Source: Rhodobacter capsulatus SB 1003 | Lineage (GTDB): Bacteria; Pseudomonadota; Alphaproteobacteria; Rhodobacterales; Rhodobacteraceae | Assembly (NCBI RefSeq): GCF_000021865.1 | Contig: NC_014034.1 | Location: forward strand, 2,370,001 to 2,402,000 | Length of the DNA: 32,000 bases | Reading direction: 5' to 3' | Shown: positions 16,046 through 21,436 of the stretch, in pieces | Layout of the letters: every line of letters starts with the position of its first letter | Numbering within the stretch: the stretch's first letter is position 1 | The notes under the pieces: model-generated | What the model saw: only the letters and a program-made list of their open reading frames with translations | Databases searched by the model: none | What the model was told of the DNA's origin: nothing | Program-made: the position numbers and the translations under genes

Positions 16046-16636
16046 TCAGTTCAGGATGTCGGGGTCGATGAGCGAAACGAACGCGCGCATCAGTGTCGGA
16101 TGCCCGGGCCAGGCCGGTGCGGTCGCAAGATTGCCGTCGATCACGGTTTGCTCCGGCGCGGTTGCGACGAAGTGGGCCCCTGCCGCCGTCACTTCCGGTT
16201 CGACGGCCGGATAGGCCGTCAACCGACGTCCGCGCACCACGTCGGCGGCGGTCAGGAGCTGCGCGCCATGGCAGATCGCGGCCACAGGCCGGTTCTCCGT
16301 CATGAAGGCCCGCACGATGGCCAGGACCTGCGCATCCAGTCGCAGGTATTCGCAGGCACGGCCACCGGCGAGATAGAGACCGGCATGATCCTCGGGGCTG
16401 ACACTGGCAAAGCTTGCCGTCAGACCGAACAGATGGCCGGGTTTTTCCGAATAGGTCTGATCGCCCTCGAAATCATGGATCGCGGTGCGGATCGTTTCGC
16501 CCTTGCGCTTGCCCGGGCAGACGGTCTCGACGGTGAAACCCAGCATGCTCAGCGCCTGAAACGGCACCATCACTTCATAATCTTCAGAGTAATCTCCAAC
16601 GATCATCAGGATTTTGTTTTGGCGGGGGCGTTTCAT
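16046..16636 (-). CDS. DJ-1/PfpI-family protein (class-I glutamine-amidotransferase-like fold); first gene of the BMC operon
   Basis: ATG 16634-16636 preceded by AGGAAA. KILMIVGDYSEDYEVMVPFQAL...AAICHGAQLL is the nucleophile-elbow Cys-His signature of PfpI/YhbO-type proteins. 196 aa. Confidence 0.85.
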   Translation of the reverse strand: MKRPRQNKILMIVGDYSEDYEVMVPFQALSMLGFTVETVCPGKRKGETIRTAIHDFEGDQTYSEKPGHLFGLTASFASVSPEDHAGLYLAGGRACEYLRLDAQVLAIVRAFMTENRPVAAICHGAQLLTAADVVRGRRLTAYPAVEPEVTAAGAHFVATAPEQTVIDGNLATAPAWPGHPTLMRAFVSLIDPDILN

Positions 16637-16698
16637 CTGATTTTCCTGGGCTGCCGTTTTCGGCGTCTGGCAAAGGAATAGTCCCGGAAAGCCAAAAG

Positions 16699-16720
16699 GG
16701 TCAACGCGAGCCCCTTGACC
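16699..16720. promoter_or_regulatory. Everted-repeat element GGTCAA-N10-TTGACC (copy A), proximal to the BMC operon
   Basis: Read directly. Its reverse complement matches copy B (17020-17041) at 19/22 positions, including a perfect 14-mer (16698-16711 versus 17029-17042). On the minus strand, TTGACC-N18-TATTCC would place a start site about 30 nt upstream of the DJ-1 ATG. Confidence 0.45.
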
Positions 16721-16788
16721 ACAAAGGGGAATATCTTGCCCTGCGCTTTTGCGCCGTGGTTTTTCCCTGAAAATACGGGGATTTTGCC

Positions 16789-16802
16789 GATCCGGCCGGA
16801 TC
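16789..16802. promoter_or_regulatory. Perfect 14-bp palindrome GATCCGGCCGGATC
   Basis: Read directly in the divergent intergenic region. Confidence 0.3.
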
Positions 16803-16814
16803 TTGCAAAGCGGA

Positions 16815-16868
16815 CCCGGGACAAGAAAAGACAGATGCCGGGTGTTTTCTTGTCCTTGCCCGGACAAG
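16815..16868. promoter_or_regulatory. Three-arm GGACAAG / CTTGTCC repeat cluster (operator, or alternative-pairing leader RNA)
   Basis: ggacaagaaaa (16819-16829) pairs with ttttcttgtcc (16845-16855). cttgtcc (16849-16855) also pairs with ggacaag (16862-16868) across a 6-nt spacer. The middle arm can therefore pair with either neighbour. Confidence 0.4.
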
Positions 16869-17019
16869 TCCCGACTGCCGCCCGCGCGGCCCTGACAGGC
16901 GGAAACCGCGCAAAAGTGCCGTCCCGGCCCGCAGGCAAATCATTTTTCCATTTTAATACAGACACTTGCACAGGAAAGCGACTCGGCCGCACGGCGCATC
17001 GCAAGAAACTACCCGCGAA

Positions 17020-17041
17020 GGCCAAGCCGCTCGCGTTGACC
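17020..17041. promoter_or_regulatory. Everted-repeat element GGCCAA-N10-TTGACC (copy B) overlapping a candidate -35 for the membrane-protein/ackA unit
   Basis: TTGACC (17036-17041), then an 18-nt spacer, then TAATTT (17060-17065) is a plausible sigma-70-type promoter on the + strand. The element is the inverted copy of 16699-16720. Confidence 0.4.
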
Positions 17042-17125
17042 CGAAAGCCCCCGCAGCGGTAATTTCAGCACCAATCGACCGCCCGCGTCGGAAGGAAACC
17101 CGCGCCACTCCAAAGGGAATTCGCG

Positions 17126-17148
17126 CATCGGAAAGGGATTTTCCGATG
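17126..17148. promoter_or_regulatory. Perfect 9-5-9 palindrome CATCGGAAA-gggat-TTTCCGATG
   Basis: Read directly, 130 nt upstream of the membrane-protein ATG. It contains one of four AAAGGGAAT-like boxes (16672, 16723, 17112, 17132). Confidence 0.4.
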
Positions 17149-17277
17149 CCCTGTTTTCGCACGCGCCTTTTCCGCGCCCGGTCGTTTTCGCGGTCCTCCG
17201 GCCGCGCCCTTTCAAACCGCATCAAGACCCCGGACATACTCCAGTCGGATCCGCCCGGAATATACAAGGAGACCAGA

Positions 17278-18189
17278 ATGACACTGCTTGGTTTGCTCGT
17301 CGCTTTTGGCGGCGGAATATTCGGGGCCGCGATCGGCGCGCTGCCCGCCTTCGCCTTTGTCGGCTTCCTGACGATGATCGGCGTCGCGATCCAGCTTGCG
17401 CTTGGCGCGGGCACGACCGATTTCTTCGGCATCCCCTTTGGCGCCTTTGGCCCGCATGCGGGCGGCTTTGCGGCGGGGGTCGCCGCGGCGGCCTATGCGG
17501 CGAAAAAGGGCAAGCTTGACTCGGGGCGCAACATCGTCACCGCGGGCATGGGGCTGAACGCGCCCGACGTGCTTTTGGTGGGCGGCATCTTCGGGCTGAT
17601 CGGCTATCTGATCTTCTGGGCGCTGCAGCTGGTGCCGTCCTTCGGCCCGGGCCTGGCCTTTTCCGACCTGCCCGCCGTCGGCGTGGTGATCTCGGCCTTC
17701 CTCGCACGCTTCCTGTGGGGCACCTGCGGCTTTTGCGGCAAGGCCGATCCGGGCCGCGGCTTCTTTCACCCGACCGATGCGACGAAATGGCTGGTGTTCC
17801 AGTCAAGCCCGGCGCAGATCGCGGTGATCGGTCTGGGCGGCGGCTTGCTTGGCGCCTGGCTGGGCGTGACCCATGGCGTGCCGGGCGCGCTGCTGGCCTT
17901 CGGCATCGCGGCCTCCTCGCTCTTCTTCCTGACGCTGGGCGTGCTGATCCCGGTCACCCACCACATCATGCTGCCGGCCGCGCTGGCCGGTGTGGCTTCG
18001 GGCTCGGTGATCTGGGGCGCGGTGGTCGGCATCCTCTCGGCCTTCCTCGGCGAGTTCTTTGCCCGCGCCTTCCTGTGCCACGGCGACACCCATGTCGATC
18101 CGCCCGCCTGCGCCATCGCCGTGATGACCTTTGCCATCAACCTTCTGACCGCGGTGGGCTTCTGGACACTCGCTCCTCTGCCGGTCTGA
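17278..18189 (+). CDS. Uncharacterised polytopic membrane protein (303 aa, Gly/Ala-rich TM helices, internal repeat)
   Basis: ATG 17278 preceded by AAGGAGA at a 7-nt spacing. The sequence is hydrophobic throughout, with about 8-9 predicted helices by eye. No MIP NPA motifs. The track ORF start at 16966 lies in the intergenic region. Confidence 0.8.
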   Translation: MTLLGLLVAFGGGIFGAAIGALPAFAFVGFLTMIGVAIQLALGAGTTDFFGIPFGAFGPHAGGFAAGVAAAAYAAKKGKLDSGRNIVTAGMGLNAPDVLLVGGIFGLIGYLIFWALQLVPSFGPGLAFSDLPAVGVVISAFLARFLWGTCGFCGKADPGRGFFHPTDATKWLVFQSSPAQIAVIGLGGGLLGAWLGVTHGVPGALLAFGIAASSLFFLTLGVLIPVTHHIMLPAALAGVASGSVIWGAVVGILSAFLGEFFARAFLCHGDTHVDPPACAIAVMTFAINLLTAVGFWTLAPLPV

Positions 18190-18222
18190 TCCGGGGGCGG
18201 CCCCTTTCCCCTCCCCCGCAGC

Positions 18223-18252
18223 GGCGGTGCGACATCCCCCCGTCGCACCGCC
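18223..18252 (+). terminator. Perfect 11-bp hairpin followed by GATTT, between the membrane-protein gene and ackA (attenuator or partial terminator)
   Basis: ggcggtgcgac (18223-18233) / gtcgcaccgcc (18242-18252), with loop atcccccc. A second GC hairpin, ggcagcccc/ggggctgcc, lies at 18261-18280. Confidence 0.4.
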
Positions 18253-18303
18253 GATTTCCCGGCAGCCCCCCGGGGCTGCCCTTGCATCCAAGGACAACCG
18301 ACC

Positions 18304-19548
18304 ATGATCCTGACCATCAATTGCGGCAGCTCCAGCCTGAAATATCAACTCCATGCCCCCGATCTGAGCCATGTGATCGCCTCGGGCCTGATCGCCCGCA
18401 TCGGCGAGCCCGAGGGCACGACCGATCACTGGGTCGGCCACCGCGGCGAGCATCACCGCCGCGCCATCCCCGATCACCGCGCCGCCTTCGCGCTGATGAT
18501 GGAGAACCTGACGAACCCCGAATATGACGTGATCGAATGCCCGGGCGCGATCACCGCCATCGGACACCGCGCGGTGCATGGCGGGGCGATCTTCTTCGGC
18601 TCGGTGCTGGTCGATGACGCGGTGATGGCGGCGCTGCGCGCCTGCGCGACCTTTGCGCCGCTGCACAATCCCTGCAACATCATCGGCATCGAGGAAGCGC
18701 AGCGGATGTTCCCCGGCGTGCCGAATGTCGTCGTCTTCGACACCGCCTTTCACCAGACCATTCCCGAACGCGCCCATGCCTATGCCCTGCCCTATGAGCT
18801 GACGCAGAAACACGGCATCCGCCGCTACGGTTTTCACGGCACCTCCTGCCGCTATGTCTCGCGCAGCGCGGCCGAGCTGCTGAACCGCCCGCTGGACAGC
18901 CTGTCGATGGTGGTCTGCCATCTGGGCAACGGCGTCACGCTCGACGCGGTCAAGGGCGGGCAGTCGATCGACACCTCGATCGGGTTCGGCACTTTTGGCG
19001 GCGTGCCGATGGGCACCCGCAGCGGCGATTTCGACCCGGCGATCATCTTCCATCTGGTGCGCGAGGCCGGGCTGAGCCTGACCGAGATCGAGGATATCTG
19101 CTACACCAAAAGCGGCCTGCTGGGCCTGTCGGGGCTGTCGAACGACATGCGCGAAGTGATGGCGGCGGCCGATGCGGGCAATGACCGCTGCCAGCTGGCG
19201 ATTGACGTCTTCGTCTATCAGATCCGCAAGACGATCGGCGCCTATGCGGCGGCGATGGGCGGGATCGACGCGCTCGTCTTCACCGCGGGCATCGGCGAGA
19301 ACAGCGCCCGGGTGCGCGCGATGATCTGCGAGGATCTGGGCTTTCTGGGCATCTCGATCGACGCGCGGGCGAATGCGATCGCGCGCGGCGGCCATCCGAA
19401 CATCAGCGCGGCGGGCGCAAGGGTGGCGACGCTTGTGGTGCCGACGGACGAGGAACGGATGATCGCGATCGACACCGCGGCTTTGACGGCCGCCGCCTCG
19501 GCGAGGCAGCCGGGGCAAGACCTGGCCTTCGCGCTGGCCGCCCAATGA
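18304..19548 (+). CDS. ackA: Acetate/propionate kinase
   Basis: MILTINCGSSSLKYQL..., GHRAVHGG, RYGFHGTS and FTAGIGEN are canonical AckA motifs. 414 aa. AAGGA RBS. Confidence 0.92.
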   Translation: MILTINCGSSSLKYQLHAPDLSHVIASGLIARIGEPEGTTDHWVGHRGEHHRRAIPDHRAAFALMMENLTNPEYDVIECPGAITAIGHRAVHGGAIFFGSVLVDDAVMAALRACATFAPLHNPCNIIGIEEAQRMFPGVPNVVVFDTAFHQTIPERAHAYALPYELTQKHGIRRYGFHGTSCRYVSRSAAELLNRPLDSLSMVVCHLGNGVTLDAVKGGQSIDTSIGFGTFGGVPMGTRSGDFDPAIIFHLVREAGLSLTEIEDICYTKSGLLGLSGLSNDMREVMAAADAGNDRCQLAIDVFVYQIRKTIGAYAAAMGGIDALVFTAGIGENSARVRAMICEDLGFLGISIDARANAIARGGHPNISAAGARVATLVVPTDEERMIAIDTAALTAAASARQPGQDLAFALAAQ

Positions 19549-19552
19549 GACC

Positions 19553-19588
19553 GGGCAAGGGGGGCCGCGCAGCGCGCCCCTCTTGCCC
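19553..19588 (+). terminator. Hairpin directly after the ackA stop codon
   Basis: gggcaagggggg (19553-19564) pairs with cccctcttgccc (19577-19588): 12 bp, 1 mismatch, 12-nt loop. No U-tract, as is common in high-GC genomes. Confidence 0.45.
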
Positions 19589-19816
19589 GCCGATGCGACG
19601 CCGGGGCCCGGAGCGCGGAACTTTCGGGCCATCGGGCCGATCACGGGATCTTTCGCCCTGCGGAAACATTCGCGGGGTTGAAGTTTGCGGCGGGCTTTGC
19701 CACGCTCGGGCGGCCGACTGATACGGCATCCCCGACATGCGGCGGCCTGGGGCCGACCGATCCGGAAAGGCGCATCTGGATTGACTGACCCGAAAGATCC
19801 GCAAGATCGCAGGCCG

Positions 19817-20602
19817 ATGCCGCCCGGGGACACGCCGCGCGTCGATTTCTTCATCGCGGGCGTGCAGAAGGGCGGCACGACGGCGCTTGACGCCATGCTG
19901 CGGCGTCATCCCTCCGTGCAGATGGCCAGCCGCAAGGAAGCGCATTTCTTCGACGACGAAAGCCTTGACTGGACCCGGCCGGATCCTGCGGGCCTGCATG
20001 ATCTGTTCGACTGGTCGGCCGACACGGTCCTGCGCGGCGAGGCGACGCCGGTCTACATCTTCTGGCCGAATGCGATCGAGCGGCTGGCCGCCTACAATCC
20101 GCGCGCCCGGCTGGTGATCTGCCTGCGCCATCCGGTCTTTCGCGCCCATTCGCACTGGCGGATGGAGATCGCGCAGAACTACGACACCCTGCCCTTTTCC
20201 CGGGCGATCCGCGAGGGCCGCGACCGGATCGCCCCGGCGCCGCACCACAGCCTGCGGATTTTTTCCTATGTCGAACGCGGCTTCTATGCGGCGCAGATCG
20301 CCCGGCTGCTGAGGCATTTCCCGCGCGCGCAGCTGCTGTTCTTGCGCACCGACCGGCTTTGGTCGCAGCCCGAGACCGAACTGGCGCGGCTGCTTGATTT
20401 CCTGCAGCTGCCCCCGGCGCAGATCGCGCTGAGGGATTACATCCTCCCCGTCGTCCCGACCGAAACCGCGCCGATGACGGCCGAGGATCACGCCCATCTG
20501 TGCCGTCTTTACGAAAGCGACATCCGGCAGACCGGCCAGATCACCGGTCTTGACCTTCAGGACTGGCTGGACGCCGGGTATTGCGAACCGATGGGCGGCT
20601 GA
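19817..20602 (+). CDS. Sulfotransferase-family protein
   Basis: ATG 19817 gives MPPGDTPRVDFFIAGVQKGGTTALDAML. The KGGTT loop is the PAPS 5'-phosphosulfate-binding motif. RHPVFRAHSHW is the 3'-phosphate-binding-region type. The upstream part of the track ORF starts at a TTG in intergenic sequence. Confidence 0.75.
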   Translation: MPPGDTPRVDFFIAGVQKGGTTALDAMLRRHPSVQMASRKEAHFFDDESLDWTRPDPAGLHDLFDWSADTVLRGEATPVYIFWPNAIERLAAYNPRARLVICLRHPVFRAHSHWRMEIAQNYDTLPFSRAIREGRDRIAPAPHHSLRIFSYVERGFYAAQIARLLRHFPRAQLLFLRTDRLWSQPETELARLLDFLQLPPAQIALRDYILPVVPTETAPMTAEDHAHLCRLYESDIRQTGQITGLDLQDWLDAGYCEPMGG

Positions 20603-21399
20603 TCCGCAGTCAGCAGCGCCTCGACTTCGGCGCGGTCATAAAATGACCAGCAGGGCGAGTCGCGCTCCAGCAGCCGCGCGGCAATGTCGCGCGCGGCGGG
20701 ATCGGCGCGCAGGCCCAGCAGGTTGCGCGACTGCAGCGGCTCGGAGAGCTGCGCCGCCGCGGGCGCCAGCACCGAAAGCGCCGCGCCGCCGGTGCGGATG
20801 ATCTCCTCGTAACGGATCGTCCGCCCGGGCAGGAAGCGGCGATACTGCCCAAAGCAGAAGTCAAGCAGCAGGAACTGCCGCTGCAGAAGGTCCGGCTCGG
20901 CCGCGATCGCCGCCGCAAGCCCCGCATCGACCCATTCGGCGGCGGGCAGGCGCCCCTCGGTCACCGGCATCTGCGCCGTGCGCCAGGACAGCAGAACCGC
21001 CAGCGGATTGCGCAGGATGCCAAAGCAGCGAAACGACGGCGTCAGCATCGGCAAGGCGGCGGTGAAAAAGGCGTTCTGCTTGACGAACAGGCGGAAATCG
21101 GCGCGATCGACATTCCGGACGATGAGTTCCATGCCGTTCAGCACGCGCTTGCGGCGGCCCTGCGCATCGGCATCGGCCATCGGATTGCTGGGCACCGCCC
21201 CGTGCCAGGCCTTGCTGGTCGCGGTGCCGCGGGTCAGGACCAGGTCGCGCTGCGCGGCGCAGAACTGCCGCAGCGCCGCCCCCAGCGCCTCGGGCGGCAA
21301 CCCGGCCAGCGTCGCCGGGTCGATCGGCTCGTGCAGCGCGACGCAATTCGCCAGCTTGTTCAGCAGATGGCAGGTCAGCGTCGTGCCCGAGCGCGGCAC
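20557..21399 (-). CDS. Sulfotransferase-family protein; the N-terminus appears displaced by a 1-nt frameshift (true start probably ATG 21435-21437)
   Basis: The track ORF starts at a GTG codon read as (M)PRSGTTLTCHLLNKL, which is a PAPS-binding loop. Another frame immediately upstream encodes MTTDAAQDILITGC, the expected beta-strand preceding that loop. Confidence 0.65.
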   Translation of the reverse strand: MPRSGTTLTCHLLNKLANCVALHEPIDPATLAGLPPEALGAALRQFCAAQRDLVLTRGTATSKAWHGAVPSNPMADADAQGRRKRVLNGMELIVRNVDRADFRLFVKQNAFFTAALPMLTPSFRCFGILRNPLAVLLSWRTAQMPVTEGRLPAAEWVDAGLAAAIAAEPDLLQRQFLLLDFCFGQYRRFLPGRTIRYEEIIRTGGAALSVLAPAAAQLSEPLQSRNLLGLRADPAARDIAARLLERDSPCWSFYDRAEVEALLTADQPPIGSQYPASSQS

Positions 21400-21436
21400 C
21401 CGGTGATCAGGATATCTTGTGCGGCATCAGTCGTCA

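Noticed and set aside
13462-16071. 869-aa plus-strand ORF covering the whole GRE gene
   Set aside because: It is the mirror-frame ORF of a high-GC gene. The product is Arg/Gly/Asp/His-rich with no recognisable motif, whereas the minus frame carries clear GRE signatures (GCVEP, RVAGYS) and a GGAGGA RBS.
4571-16867. Long N-terminal extensions offered by the ORF track for the activase (to 5887), AldDH (to 7488), ADH (to 13565), GRE (to 16044) and DJ-1 (to 16867)
   Set aside because: The extensions overlap the preceding gene or intergenic DNA and encode Arg/Pro-rich junk. Internal ATGs with Shine-Dalgarno sequences coincide with the start of family-conserved sequence.
16815-16868. ANTAR (EutV-type) two-hairpin antiterminator target in the BMC operon leader
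   Set aside because: The 6-nt loop of the short hairpin reads GGGCAA on the transcript and the other loop is 15 nt. Neither fits the A-x-x-G hexaloop pair of ANTAR substrates, and the locus regulator is AraC-type, not ANTAR.
17803-19896. 697-aa minus-strand ORF antisense to ackA and part of the membrane-protein gene
   Set aside because: Same artefact class. The plus frames encode canonical AckA motifs and a coherent TM protein.
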